64,000 bases of DNA from Camelus dromedarius (GCF_036321535.1 NC_087436.1:20462001-20526000), one strand, 5' to 3'; shown: positions 38,203 to 52,356, counted from the stretch's first letter. Made by a program: numbers and translations. The notes: generated by a model not told the origin, from the letters alone.

Positions 38203-40859
38203 TTCCTTCATTTTACTGGGTGTTCAGTTGTTCCCATCAGTGTGGAGACACTTGTCTTTTAGTTCTGGGAGGTGCTCTTATGTTCTTTCATATTTTTCCT
38301 CTCTGTTTTCTCTGTTTCTTTCTGAATTCACGTTTGTTAGCCATGATACTTCCTGCATTGAGCTCATTTTCTGTCTCTTTTGTTTTCTCGTATCCCAAGC
38401 AATTCATTTAACTTTGTATAATATAAAAAGTTTTTGCGTATATATATATGTTTAATTTCTAAGACCTCTTTTTGTTCCTTGATCTTAAACGGCATTCTGT
38501 TCTTGTTTTAAGAATGCATTCTGTTATGTCGCTGAGGATATTAATGATGCTTCGTTTTGTTTTTAAATATCTTGTACTCCCTTCACTGTTTCTCTTGAGA
38601 GTTCCTTTTCTGTTTTTGCTTGTTTACATGCTTGTTTCAATTTCCATGTTTTGGTCTTTGTTTTTCTTTCTTTCTTTTCTTTTTTTTAACATACCTGCAG
38701 ATCCTTGGCTGTTTTCTCATCATCTAGTAGTGAGGTACAGAATAGCAGTTTGGAGGCAGTTTGGGCTCATGATGGAGTTTGATGCTCACCAGACCTTAAC
38801 AGTAATATGGTCCAGCTGGTACCCTCACCTCTTTGCACACATGTCACCTTCTCACTGAGGCCTGTTCTGACCACCTTATTTAAAACTGCACACACCTACC
38901 ACCTGTGCCCAGCACAGAATAGGCATCCGGTAAATATTTGTTAAATTGAGGCCACTCGCATCACTATATATAACTCTTTTCTTCTGGCTTTCTCTCTTTC
39001 AGCTTTTCTCTTTTTCTTATGGCTTTATTCTATCCAGAAGAGAGTGACTCATTCCCTGGCCTGGGGCATGCGGTCGGGGAAAGGAGTGGGATGTGGACGG
39101 AGTTTGAGGGTGATCTGCCTACGAGTAGCATGCCTGTAGCTGCACAAGATGAAGTGAGCTGAGGTTCACTACGAACGATGTAGATGTTCACTCACTTTCT
39201 TTTTTTCACTAAGATGCCGCCATCGAGTCATGTTTTACCTGAATCTAGAGCCTCTCTTCTTTAACCCATAGAGATAATACAAACTTTGTTTTCTGTACGA
39301 GTGAGAAAGGAATGGTCACCTGCCGACTTAAACTGGGGGTGGGTGAGGATCTTGGCATCTAACTATTGCTTATATGGACTCTAGTTAGTTTTCCTGTTTG
39401 CTTCTTTGTGTATTTTTAACTTGACTTGGCATCCCTGCCTTCAGAGCTACCTGGTGCTTTCAATTTCAGAAATTCTAGGATACAATGTACCTTGTTTCTT
39501 GTTGATCTCTCCCTTGCTTTTATACATTTTTTCAAACTCCTCAGCTGTCATTTTAGTTGACTTTTGAGAGCCCATCATTTCCTAAACTATTTTTCAAAGC
39601 ACTTGTAAATTATATTTGTCAAAATGGTATTTGCATAAGAATTAGTGGGTGGTTAGATATATTTCATGAACATAAAATGCACTAATTTCCAATAAATTGA
39701 TGATTATCTCTTACTACTTACCCCTGTCACAGTTTCCAGTGTCCAAGACATAGTGAATGCACAGTTTGTTGACTAACAAATGGATTTTTCTACTGGATTC
39801 GAGCTGTAATGTGATGTCATTTTAATATATTGTTTGAAAAGTTTGAGGGCAAAAGTAGTTTGTATGCGTTTATATACTTGTGTGTTTTCTAGTGTCAAGA
39901 GAGATTTGAAAAAAAGGTATAAACCTAATCGGAATCTGCAGTTAGCATTTAAGGGATGGGGTGGGGATTGGAAAGTGGAAGCAAAAGGAAGCAAAATCAC
40001 ATTAACTGTGAGTATTAGGTTTCTGGAAATGAAACAAAATCTTGTTAAAAGAGTGGGTGGTTACTAAACTTCAGACTTAGAAGTTAGAGTTAGAGGGACC
40101 AAGATCTCATGTGACAGACCAAAAGTTCTTATTATCCTTATATTTACAAATATAAAAGTAATTCACTACACTAGAGCATGTCCAAGACACTTGACCCATT
40201 TTAAATGACACGTAATTTATATCTCTGCCACCTCTTGATCTTTGGAATAGTTTCAGAGTCGGTTTCCTGCACAGCGTGAATTTGCTTTTGCCTTAACTGC
40301 AGATTATGCGGCTCAAATATAGGTGAAGGACCACTGAACATGGGGCTGAAGAGGTAAGCAGAGACTAGATCATGCAGGCCCTTGTCAACCTTGTTAAGGA
40401 TCATGGATTTATTCTTACTACAGTGAGAAGCTAATGGAAGGTTTTTCGAATTAACATTTTTGTCAAATGACTCTGCCCCTAATCCGAGCTTAGACTGAAG
40501 GAAGTTGCTATGGCAAGCCTAGTTGGGAGGTCACTAATAATGATCCTGGGCAGTGGGTATTGTTGATTACCTAGGCTGCGTTCCTCCACCTCTCCTCCTT
40601 GCCGACAGAGACCACTTTGTATAGTAAAAACAGAAATGTCTGATGCTTCATTTCCAGCTTCCCTTTCAGTTAGTGCAGAGGCATGTGATCCAGAAACAGC
40701 CAATGGGAAATCTGATAGCTTCTGGAAAATATTTTCCCCCATAATTAAAAGAGGAGAAAGTCTTTTTGGACATTTATTGTATGAGAACATGATGCTTGCA
40801 GCTGCTGCAGACATCACAGCCTCAGCAGAGGATGACAGAGCAGAAAGGTCTGGACCCTT

Positions 40860-43800
40860 TTTTTTTTTAACTTTTAAGTTTTACATTGATACAAAAAGTC
40901 CACATATCATAAATGAACAGCTCACTGAATTTTCACGAAGTAAACACACCTACATAATCAGCAACCAGTAAAAATCCAGAAACCCCTTTTATGCTTCCTT
41001 ATAGTCCCCCAGCTAACTAACCATTATTCTAACTTCTCCCAGTATGGGCTGCTTTCACCTGGGTTTATTTATTTATTTTTATGTTTGGTTTTTGGTTTTA
41101 TTTTTTGATTTTTTACTTTATAGAGATGGCATCATATTTTGCACACACTGTTTGGTGTCTGGCTTCTTTTACTCACCATGTTTGTGAGAGTCATCTATAT
41201 ATTTGGGTGGTTGTAAATCCTTCATTTTCACTGCTGTGGAATATTACCTTTTGTGAATATACTCAAGCTGATTCATTTGACTGTTGGGGTGTGTTTGGAT
41301 AATTTAGCTGATATAACTAGTGCTCCTGTGAACATTTTAGTACACACTGTTGAATATATGTATGCATTTCTGTTGGGTATATACCTTTTTGATTTGTAAA
41401 TAGTCAAGATAGGTGTCCTTTGCTATATATACGGATGCATAATATTTCCCAATCTGTGGCTTGTTTTTTTTCACTCACTTAAAAGCACCTTTTGATGAAC
41501 GAAAATTCTTACTTCTAAGGTAGTTAATCAATATTTGTTAATTGGTGCTTTTTGTGTCTTGTTTAAGAAAATTTTATGTACTCCAAAGTTACGAAGATGT
41601 TTTGTTTTCTTCTGGAAGCTTTATTATTTTACCTTTGACATTTAGATCCAAATCTATCTATAGCTGATTTTTGTTTATGGTGAGAAGTGAAGAAATCAAG
41701 ATTATTATTTTTCCCTCCAAATGGAAATCCAAATTATCCAGCATCATTGCTTGAAGGGACTATCCTTTCCCTACTGCACCAGTGTCATCTTTGACAAAAA
41801 TCAGATGACTGTAAATGTGAGGATCTGTTCTGAACTCTAATCTGTTCCACTGGCCTGTTACTCTATCTTTGCACTAACTCCACACTGTTTTAATTATGAC
41901 TATGTTGACCTGATATGCAGTGACCTTGCCAATTAAACTGTCTTATTAGTTCTAGTAGTTAATAGATTATTTTTGGATTTTTAGATATGCAATCATATAA
42001 TTTATAAATAGTGTTATTTTCTTTTCTTCCCTTCCAATCCTTGTTCATCCTTTCTCCTTTCCTTCTGTTCCTCTCTCCTCTGTTCTCTTCCATTTTCCTC
42101 ACATTATTGCACTGCTTAAGACCTCCAGTACAGTATTAAATGTGGATAATCGTCTTGTTTCTAATCTCATTAGGAAAGTTTTCAGAATTTCACCATTGTA
42201 TATGATAAGCACTGTAGGTAATTTGTTTGGAAGATGCTGTTTTTCATATTAAGGAAATTGCATTCTTTTCCTATTTGTAAGACTTTTAAAGTCATAAATG
42301 GGTATTGAATTTGTCAGATGCCTTTTTTGTGACTAACAGGATGATCGTATGATTTTTCTCCTTTTTTTCTATTAATAAATTCTGTTACACTGATTACTTT
42401 TTAAGTGATAATTCAACTTTGCACACCTGGAATACACTTCACTTGGCTTGATTTTATTTGCTGATATTTTACTCTAGATTTTTTTCATTTGTGTTCAGGA
42501 GAAAGATTGGTCTGTAATATTTCTTTCTTATAATATCCTTTCTAAGTATTGGAACCAAAGTTATGCTAGCCTCTAAAAACAGACATATGGATCAATGGAA
42601 CAAAATAGAGAGCTCAGAAATAAACCCACAGACCTATGGTCAATTAATCTTTGACAAAGGAGGCAAGAATATACAGTGGAGAAAAAACAATCTCTTCATC
42701 AAGTGGTATTGGGAAAACTGGACAGCAGTATGTAAATCAATGAAGATAGAATACCCCCTCACACCATACACAAAAATAAGCTCAAAATGGTTTAAAGACT
42801 TAAATATAAAACAAGACGCGATTAACCTCCTAGAAGAAAACATAGGCAAAACATTGTCTCACATACATCTCAGCAATGTTCTCCTAGGGCAGTCTACCCA
42901 AGCAATAGAAATAAAAGCAAAAATAAACCAATGGGACCTAATTAAACTTATGAGCTTTTGCACAGCAAAGGAAACCATAAGCAAAACAAAATGACAACCT
43001 ACAGAATTGGAGAAAATATTTTCAAATGATGCAACTTACAGTGGCTTAATTTCTAGACTATATAAACAGCTCATACAACTTAATAACAAAAGAACAAACA
43101 ACCCAATCCAAAAATGGGCAGAAGACCTAAACAAGCAATTCTCCAATGAAGACATACAAATGGCCAATAGGCAAAGAAAAAATGCTCAGTATCACTAATT
43201 ATCAGAGAAATACAAATCAAAACTACAGTGAGGTATCACCTCACACCCGTCAGAATGACCATTATTCAAAAGTCTATGAATAATAAATGCTGGAGAGGGT
43301 GTGGTGGGAATGTAGTTTGGTGCAGCCATTGTGGAAAACAATATGGAGATTCCTCAAAAGACTAAAAATAGACTTACCATATGATCCTAGGTATATATCC
43401 AGATGGGAATCTAATTCAAAAAGATAATGCACCCCAATGTTCATAGCAGCACTATATACAACAGCCAAGACATGGAAGCAATCTGAATATCCATCAACAG
43501 ATGACTGGATAAACAAGCTGTGGCATATTTATACCATGGACTACTACTCAGCCATAAGAAAGAATAAAATAATACCATTTGCAGCAACATGGTGGACTTA
43601 GAGATCATCATTCTAAGTGAAGTAAGCAAGAAAGAGAAAGAAAAATAGCATATGATATCATTTATATGTGAAATCTTAGAGAGGGGAGGACACTATGAAC
43701 TCATCTACAAAACAGAAACAGACTTGCAGACATAATAAACAATCTTATGGTTATCAGGGAAAGGGGATGGGAAGGAATAAATTTGGGAGTTTGAGATTTG

Positions 43801-44450
43801 CAAATGTTTGCCACTATATATAAAAATAGTTTTAAAAAAACAAGTTTCTTCTGTAAAGCACAGGGAACTGTATTTAATATCTTGTAATAACCTTCAGTGA
43901 AAAAAATATGAAAACAAATATATGTATTATTATGCATGACTGGGACATTGTGCTGTACATGAGAAATTGATACATTGTAACTAACTGTACTTCAATAAAA
44001 AACAAAACAAAACAAAGTTATGCTAGCCTCATAAAAATATTTTAGAAATGTCTTCCCTTTTCTACTATCTAAGCACTTGTGCAGAATTTATATGATTTCA
44101 TCTTTAAACATTTGGAAGAATTGACTGGTGATGCCATCTGGACCTGGAATTTTATGGTAGGTTTTAAATTATGAGGCAGTTTCCTTAATAGATATTGTTC
44201 TATTCAGATTTTCTATTTCTTTTTGTTAGCTTTGATAAATTGTATTTTTCAAGGAATTTGTCCATTTTGTCTTCTGATATATATGTAATCTGTTGAGTCA
44301 ATCTGTTAAATTCTTAATTGCAGATATTTTATTTTCAGCTCTACCAGTTCCATTTTAAAAATATATTCCAATTCTCAGATGAAATTATCATTTCATTTAT
44401 TCATATTTCCCTCTTATTTATTAACTGGGTTAATAATAGTAGTTTTTGAC
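40860..44450 (-). mobile_element. Old L1M element (3'UTR plus ORF2 remnant), split by a younger L1
   Basis: Antisense L1 text continues across the TSD: ..aaagttatgctagcctc|ataaaa..gccatctggacctggaattt. Confidence 0.85.
42574..44013 (+). mobile_element. Younger 5'-truncated L1 with perfect TSD
   Basis: ORF2 C-terminal peptide KNRHMDQWNKIESSEINPQTYGQLIFDKGGKNIQW; AATAAA plus (AAAAC)n tail; 17-bp TSD aaagttatgctagcctc at 42557-42573 and 44014-44030. Confidence 0.95.
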
Positions 44451-44474
44451 TGATTGCAAGACTGAACTCTAGAT

Positions 44475-44769
44475 CTGTGCTGTTCAATAGATTATCCACT
44501 AGCTGCATGTGGCATTTGGCTGATCTTAATTGTCATGTGGTGTAAGTGTAAAAATCCTGGGTTTCAGAAATTTGATAGAAAGAAAGAATGTAAAATAGCT
44601 CATTAACTTTTTATATTGCTCATGTGTTGAAGTGCTTTCTGGTTATAATAAATATAAAATTAATTTGACCTATTTCTTCAAAGTTTTTAAAATGTAGCTT
44701 TTAGAAATGTGAAACTTCATACATGGCTCACATTTGTGACCTACAGTATCTTTCAATAGGACAGTGCTG
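44475..44769. mobile_element. hAT MITE, MER33/MER3-like
   Basis: Termini ctgtgctgttcaatag / caataggacagtgctg; TSD ctctagat / ctctcaat. Confidence 0.75.
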
Positions 44770-46294
44770 CTCTCAATGCTGTTTTCTTTCTCTAGAGAGA
44801 ATTTGCTCATTCCTGAACTAGGCAGACAGACCGAGAAGCTGTACTCCTCTCAGTCTCTGAGTTGAGTTGATTTGAGGCTGTGTTGCAGCTTTGATAAGGT
44901 TCCACCTGCCTCTTCCTTAATACTGCCATGTCATAGCCACTCAGGGCTGTCTTTTGGGTAGCCTCATGTGCTCACTGGGCAAGTTCTACATTTTAGGACT
45001 TGTTTCCTCAGCCCTGAGAGATTTCCAGAAACTCTACTCTACTTCTAAGAGACCCCTCACTTATCCCTTCATCCTCCCATTCCAGACAACTTCACAACAT
45101 GGCAAATATTTTGAGCAGAAAATAGGCTGTGTGCTTAAAGTTCTTCAAGCCTCTGTATCTTTTCTAAAAGACCACTCATAATGGTTCTTCATGTTTCTCT
45201 GACTTCAAGAAGCAGCTGTCTATCTGGGCAAAACCATGATTCTTAGCATCTTACCCCATCCTGGAGTCAACAAATGCCCCCGTGGTTAAAGTGGGTTCCA
45301 AAAGACAAGTAACCTCTCTGAGGTTCTCTCCTCCCCAGAACCCTAGCGTCCTCTAGTCCTCTTTGTTTTAGCAGCTCTCTAATTACTCTAAAATGATGAT
45401 TAAAAAATTTTACCTGTAGTTATTCTTAGAAGGAACACTGTCTGCCTCAAACTAATTTAAAAGAAATATATTTAAAGTCCAGAACTCTTTGGGTGGCTTT
45501 TATCATGGAATCTTTCTGTCTTGCCTTGCCTTCTGTAGATAACCTTGTCTTTTCTTAGTACCTTTAGAAGTTACCTCTTAAAAAGGAGATACAAAATTTT
45601 GAATCATCAGCACATAGCCACTTAAGGTTTCTGAAGTCATGGGTCTGGATACAGTGGTTTAGGACAGTTGTGTAGATCAAACTCTATATTGTGAGACTAG
45701 TTTTAGGTCAAAACTGTGAGGAAGGCAACGTTTAAGTAATGGATAGAGGAGTTTCCAGAGAGAGACAAAAAAAGAGATGAGAAAGGTAGAGGAATATCTG
45801 AAGAAGGTGAAGTCACAGAGACCACGGGAAGAGAACATTTCAAAGAAGAGGTTGCATCAAATTATGTAGAAAAAATAGGAAGGTTTGAAGTGAAAAGCAT
45901 CTTGTGGATTTAGCAATAGTGAAATTTATACTACCTTGTAACCTTAGAGCATTCCTATGAGGAAAGTATAAAAATTATATGGGAATTAAATTTTCCTGAT
46001 TTTACTTTTGACCTACAAAAATGACAATGTTATATGATTTAGCCTAATAGATGGAGAAGTGAAGGTCTAGCAAGGAGAAATAATTTGCTTAAACTCAAGA
46101 ACAGAAGTGAAATTCAGATCTTGGTCTTCTTTGTCTGATGTTCTTTCCTAAATTTATTATCTGTTGCTGTCATTTCTTGATTATTCATTACTTAGACTTT
46201 TATTCCTCTTTTTACAATAGAACTATAGCATAATTTTATTCTGTATGTATGTATTTATATTTACTGTTTTTTGTCTTGAAAGGACATAATTATT

Positions 46295-46575
46295 CTTTTC
46301 CAGTTTTATTGAGAAATAATTGGCATACATCACTGTATAAGTTTAAGGTGTACAGCATGATGGTTTGATTTACTTATGTTGTGAAATGATTACCACAATA
46401 GATTTGGTTAACATCCATCATCTCATGTAGATACAATAAAAAAGAAAAAAAGTTCTCTTTCTGATGAGAACTCTTAGGATCTACTCTCTTAACAACTTTC
46501 CTGTATATCATACATCAGTGTTAGCTGTGGTCGTCATGCTATCCATTATATCCCTAGTACTTACTTATCTTACCT
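46295..46575 (-). mobile_element. L1 3' end fragment
   Basis: ttttattgagaaataattggcatacatcactgtataagtttaaggtgtacagcatgatg. Confidence 0.8.
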
Positions 46576-48036
46576 GGTTTTCTTTTTAATGGTAGTTAAG
46601 TCTAGTTAACTTGGGTAGTAGTACTAGTTGTTGTTGTCATCTAAAGATTTTCTGCAATTTCTTCTTAACATTTCTTTACCATTTTGGCCTTAGATTAAAT
46701 TGTTGTTTTTAATTGCCATTGACTTCAAATTTATTCAGAATTCTTCATGTAGATTAGTAGAACACTCTGTCTGTAGGTCTTATCTCTTGTTATGCCTCTT
46801 TTTAAATAGGTAACTATTAAACTGTACAATCTTAACTCTCCAGGAACTCTTTCTGGAGTAAACTTCTCTATATAAAAACTTTTTCAGACTTACAAGTCCA
46901 GAATTAATGTCTTGACCCTCTGTAGCAGGGTGACTGATTTCAACCTCAAAGTGACCTTCTGAGGTGGTCACTTTCTTCACTAGGGCAAAAGAGCTTGCTT
47001 TCCATAGTGAGCTCTTTGAGTTGGATTCTGTCTTTCTTGTTCAGCTGCCTTTGTGGTATCCTTACTTTTAACACATTTGGAACTTCTGAAGTTTCTTTTG
47101 GATCATATTAAACTTTCTTTCTCTACAAGTAGGTCACCATTGCTGTTAACTGATTCTGTTCCTTCCTGAGTGAAAGGATGCTTAAAATGCTAGAATCGTC
47201 TGTTTCATTTGTTAACAGTTCTCATATTGAGATTCCGTAAGATTTCATGGTTAATGAAGGAGTAGCAGGTAGTTAGAGTGGAGAATAGAGAACAACTATC
47301 TCAAAGCCACTATCAATACTTTTCCTTCTTCCATTTATTTTCCAGGGATATGTGATTAGCAATAGGAAAGGACATGTAAACAGCTTTGTATTTAATATCC
47401 GACATGATTTTTATTAACAGATGACTTCTGTATTTTTTTAAATGTAAACTTTATTTATGGTGGAGATAATACTTTAAATCAAAGCATCCTTGGAGGATAC
47501 CCTTAAATAAATCATTGCTGGAGTAGAGGGTAGTGACTTAGAGTTTGCTAACAGGAAGCAGAACATCGTGGAGCCAGGCTGAGAGATACCTTCATAGAGA
47601 AACTCTAATGGGTTGTATTTACATCCAGTTTTCACTGTTAGTGGCTGATACCAAGGAAGAAATACTGAGGGAAAGGTGGCAGCTCCTACTCAGAAATGAC
47701 TTGGTGGTAGGCTTTGGGCTGGCATGGTGCTGATGCTGTGGTCCATCACATGGCTTCTCCTCCACTGGATGAAATACCTCCTATGTAGGTTGCCCCTAAA
47801 ACAAGTATTTTACAAGTAACTAATTAAATTGACTGAACAAGACCATGGTCAAGTAATGAAATGAAGTGCAATGGAATGTTGAAGTCATATTTATTTCAAA
47901 TTAACATTAAGAATTGTCTCAGCTTCTTATATCTGGGTTAGTTATAAACACTTGTAAAGCTCTAGACATTTTTTAATGCAGAATTTTCACCAGTCTTATA
48001 TGAAATTTTCAATATTGATTATTTATCTGCTACCCT

Positions 48037-48256
48037 TGTGTTTTCTATTGCTGTGTAAGAAAGTTAGCACAAACTTAGTGTCCTAATACAATGCATACAT
48101 ATTATCTCACAGTTTCAGTGAGTCAGGAGTCTAGGCATAGCTTAGCTGCATCCTCTGTTCAGGATCTTACAGGGCTGCAATCAAGCTGTTGTCCAGGGTT
48201 GCGGTCTCATCACAGACTCAACTGGGGAAGGATCCACTGCCAAGCGCACTCAGGTA
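48037..48256 (-). mobile_element. MLT1 LTR fragment
   Basis: tttctattgctgtgtaagaaagttagcacaaacttagtg..tatctcacagtttcagtgagtcaggagtctaggcatagcttagctg. Confidence 0.75.
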
Positions 48257-48559
48257 GATATATTTTTAAGCACATAATTTCAAGTATCCTATTTAGCTCA
48301 GCATTAAAATGAGTCTTAACTTTATTCATCTTTAAATTTATGTCTTTACTGAATTACCAGTTATTATCTGTCACTTACAAATTCTCTTACTATCTTTAAT
48401 AAACTGTGTTATATATTTTGTGTAGAAAACTATGTTTAAGCTACAATATTATATAAAACTTTAAGAGCCTTAAACTTTTGAATATAAATAAACCATCATC
48501 AGGCATATCATTAAGTGAAATCCAGAATCCAGAAATAAACTATCAAAGAACTATTCTGA

Positions 48560-49760
48560 GAGAGAGTTGATTCGGCAAGGTGGGGGTCACTGGTGACTTT
48601 GACAAGATTGGTTTCAGTGGTGGGGACAAAATTCAAATTGGAGTGGCTTAGAGATAACTAGCAGGTGAAAAAAATTTTTTTAACTTTTAAAGGAGTTTTG
48701 TTGTGAAAAAAAAAAAACAGAATTGGGGCAGTATGTGGAGGAGGACATAGGATTACAAAAGGGTTTTGTTTTTAATTTTTAAGATAACAAATATGGCATG
48801 TTTGTATGCTGATAACAGTGATCCAATGGAGAAGAGAAAATGATTTGGAGAGAAAATTATGGTCGAGCAGAGTCTTTGGCTGGGAAAGAAAGGGTGGGAT
48901 CTGTTGATGTTGAGCAAGTGGGAGAACTAGCCTCATAAAGGTGCAGGGGCGGTTTAACTACAGTATAACAGCTGATGGGAAGATGGTAGTTTTGGTGGGT
49001 TTTTTTTTCCTAATTGCTTTTATTTTCGTAGTGAAATCAGATATCAGCCCAGAGAGAGATTAGAGCAGGTGTTAGGATTTGAGGAGAAGCTCAGAAATAG
49101 CTATCCCAGACACAGGGGAAGCAAATTTTCTGAAGGAATATAGTAAGCATTTTACATGGCACTACATGTATGCTTGAATAAACACACTTGTGTTGAAGTG
49201 AGAACCAACCAGTCAGCATGTTATTTTTCTCCAGTAGGCATTGGATAGGAAGGGAGTTGGGTTTAACCAGGATTGTTTTTTTCCTCAGGAAAATAATGAA
49301 ACAGTGAGAGAGGAACATTGCATTTCTGTACATGAAAGGATTGATTATCATAATGAATTATGGGGTATTAAGGAGGTAAAGTGGGAACTGAAGATACTGA
49401 GTGGGTTAATGAACAGTAAAAAAGTGGATGAAATCCATAGTTCAGCTGTTTGGTTAGGATTGATGCTATGGCAGTGGGGTCCCTAGAGAAAGCTGGTGAC
49501 TTTAGGAGGTGGTAGAGATGGGTATGCTTGAAGTCAGGATTTCAGCGATCTTGCAGCTACTGCTCATCATCAGATATAGAACATGACTGTGGGGGGTGGG
49601 GGTTGGCTGAAGCGGAGCGGAGGTAAAAATTGTTGGTAGTGAAGAAGTTGAAGAATGGAGAATCCGAGTCATTAAAGGATCGTCTCTATGGATGTTGAAG
49701 TCACTAAGAAGGAGGATTCTATTAGTGGAGGAATGGAATACAGTCAATGGGATGTTAAAA
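48560..49760 (-). mobile_element. L2 ORF2 remnant
   Basis: ggtcactggtgactttgacaaga; minus-strand ORF ILLLSDFNIHRDDP..HVLYLMMSS resembles LINE endonuclease GDFN and HTLDL motifs. Confidence 0.7.
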
Positions 49761-50167
49761 CCAGGTACTGAAACTTTCTGAAAACTTTTCTTTTTTTGAG
49801 TCCTTCTCCAACCACCACCAAACTAAAAATAGATTTTTTTTAATAAGATAAATTCATGTTTATTGAGAGAAGCATAGATAATAATACATAAGCAATAAAA
49901 TAAGAATGATCCATATTCTCACTGTTATAGATATTTCCTATTTTTATTTTGGTGAATATCCTTTCAGACTTCTCTATCCATACAGAAACACTATTTTTAT
50001 ATATATAGAAGATATATAGAAGATGATGCAACACATGTTCCTTGGTACTTCGCTTTTTAAAACTAACAAGAGATAGCTGCAAATAACTGCAAATATATGT
50101 AGAGACATATCATTTTGAATTACCATAGAGTATATTCCAGGGTATAGATGGACTATAATTAATCACT

Positions 50168-51790
50168 GCTTTACTATCGCTGCCTAACAAATCACACTAA
50201 AACTTAGTGATATTTATCAGTAGCAGTCACTTACCACCCTCATGGTTTCTGTTCAGGAATTTGGAAAGAGCATGGCTGGGCATTTCTGTCTTGAAGTCTT
50301 CACCCAGTTGCATTTGTATGTCGGTTAGGCTGACGGGGACTGGAGGATCTACTTCTTTTTTTTTATTTTATTTTATTTATTTTATTTATTTTTTATTTGT
50401 TATTGAGTTATAGTCAGTTTACAGTGTGTCATTTTCTGTTGTATAGCACCACTCTTCAGTCATACATGAATATACATATATTCATTTTCATATTCCTTTT
50501 CCCCGTGAGCTACTACAAGATACTGAGTATATTTTCCTGTGCTATACAGTATAAAGTTCTTTATCTGTTTTATATATACCAGTCAATATCTGCAAATCTC
50601 AAACTCCCAGATTATCCCTTCCCACCCTTCTCACTCCTGGCAACCACAAGTCTGTATTCTATGTCTGTGAGTCTGTTTCTGTTTTATATATAAGTTCATT
50701 TGGCTTTTTTTTTTTTTTTTTAAGATTCCACATATGAGTGATATATGGTATTTTTCTTTCTCTTTCTGGCTTACTTCACTTAGAATGACATTCTTCAGGG
50801 TCATCCATGTTGCTGCAAATGGCATTATTTTATCATTTTTATGGCTGAGTAGTATTCCATTGTATAAATATACCACAACTTCTTTATCCAGTCACCTGTT
50901 GATGGGCATTTACATTGTATTCATGTCTTGGCTATTGTAAATAGTGCTGCTATGAACATTGGGGTGCAGGTATCTTTTTGAAGTAGGGTTTCTAATACTC
51001 TTGTAGGTTTTTGTTGTGATTATTAACTTATATAGCTATTTAATTATTAAGAATTTACTTTTGGGTGTGATATAAAGTTAATGTCTAAATTTTTATTTAA
51101 TCAACCAGTGTTGTAGTGCTGTTTTTAGATCAATCCATCAGTTCTTCACTGTAGATGTTAGTTTTCTACTCAACATCCATTATCCATTACCTTCTCCTGA
51201 AGAAACTCCAGTTTTATTCATCTCCTTACCCTCCAGAAAGTGGCCATGTGCTGCCACCCATCCCCAGCCCCAGGGATTGAGTCCTAATTGAGCCAACCAA
51301 TCATGATGGACCCACTTCTCTGTTGGTTGACTTAGGCATGGATATTTAATAAGAGCTTCTGGGAGGAATGCTTGTTCTTAAAAAGGGGATTGAAGAGGGG
51401 AACAGTACTTGATTTCTGCCTCTGGAAGACAGCTGCAGCCATCTGGTGACTATAAGGGAAGCTAAGCTTGGGGACAGTGCTAACCCATCCACATTGGAAG
51501 AATGAAAGAATAGTAGGACCTGGGTCCTAGACAGCATTCCTTGGCTTGTGGTTGCATTATTCAATTTTGCTTCCATCATCCCATCTCCTTTTCTGTTTCT
51601 CCTGCCATTCTCTTTTGATGACCATTGTGATTACATTGGGCCCACCCATGTAATCCAGGATAATCTTCCATTCCCCACATCTTTAACTTAATCACATAAG
51701 CAGAGACCCTTTGCCATGTAAGTTAACATATTCAAGGGATCTGTGGAAGGACGTGGACATTTCTGGGGGTCCATTATTCTGCCTACCACA
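50168..51790 (-). mobile_element. MLT1 LTR pieces (50168-50355 and about 51590-51790) separated by nested inserts
   Basis: Left piece ctatcgctgcctaacaaatcac..ggaggatctacttc; right piece gattacattgggcccaccc..ccattattctgcctaccaca. Confidence 0.65.
50356..50992 (-). mobile_element. Relatively young L1 3' end
   Basis: (TTTTA)n tail; remnant KIMPFAATWMTLKNVILSEVSQKEKEKYH; similar to the 42574-44013 element. Confidence 0.9.
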
Positions 51791-52140
51791 TCTACTTTTA
51801 TTGCGAATCATTGAATGTCAGAGCTGAAAGGGACATTGGATGAAAACTTGTCCCATCCCTTCCCTTTATACATGAAGAAACTGAATGAAACCAGAGGTTG
51901 TTTATCTACACTTTTTTTATGGTTTGGAACAAGGCCTTATTTATGTTTTGTATGCTAAACTATACTTACGATAATACTTTGAGCACTTTAAGTACTCAGT
52001 TACTATTGCCTGAATGATTAAAAGGTTATTGATAGAAACCAGATATACCTAGCCTCTGACTCACTTATTTTAAGTTAGTGCTAGTGGTGTTTATAAAAAG
52101 CCACTGACTGAAAATACCATGAGGGCTAGAGATTCACCTA

Positions 52141-52233
52141 AAAAAATTTCTTTTTAATTGAAGTATAGTTGATTTACAATGTTGTGTTATTTTCTGGTAT
52201 ATAGCATAGTGATTCAGTTATATGTGTGTGTGT

Positions 52234-52279
<46 letters not shown>

Positions 52280-52356
52280 TTCATTATAGGTGGTTATGAG
52301 AACTTGAATATAGTTCCCTGTGCTATTGTTTGTCTATTTTATATACAGTAGTTTGT
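52141..52356 (-). mobile_element. Short L1 3' end containing a (TG)n(TA)n microsatellite
   Basis: ttgaagtatagttgatttacaatgttgtg; degenerate TSD gagattcaccta / gagattcattta. Confidence 0.8.

Noticed and set aside
38120..38858. Hydrophobic membrane-protein-like ORFs
   Set aside because: Artefact of a (GT)n repeat and T-rich decayed L1 sequence.
42563..42994. 143-aa protein-coding gene
   Set aside because: L1 ORF2 C-terminal fragment; the ATG comes from the target-site duplication.
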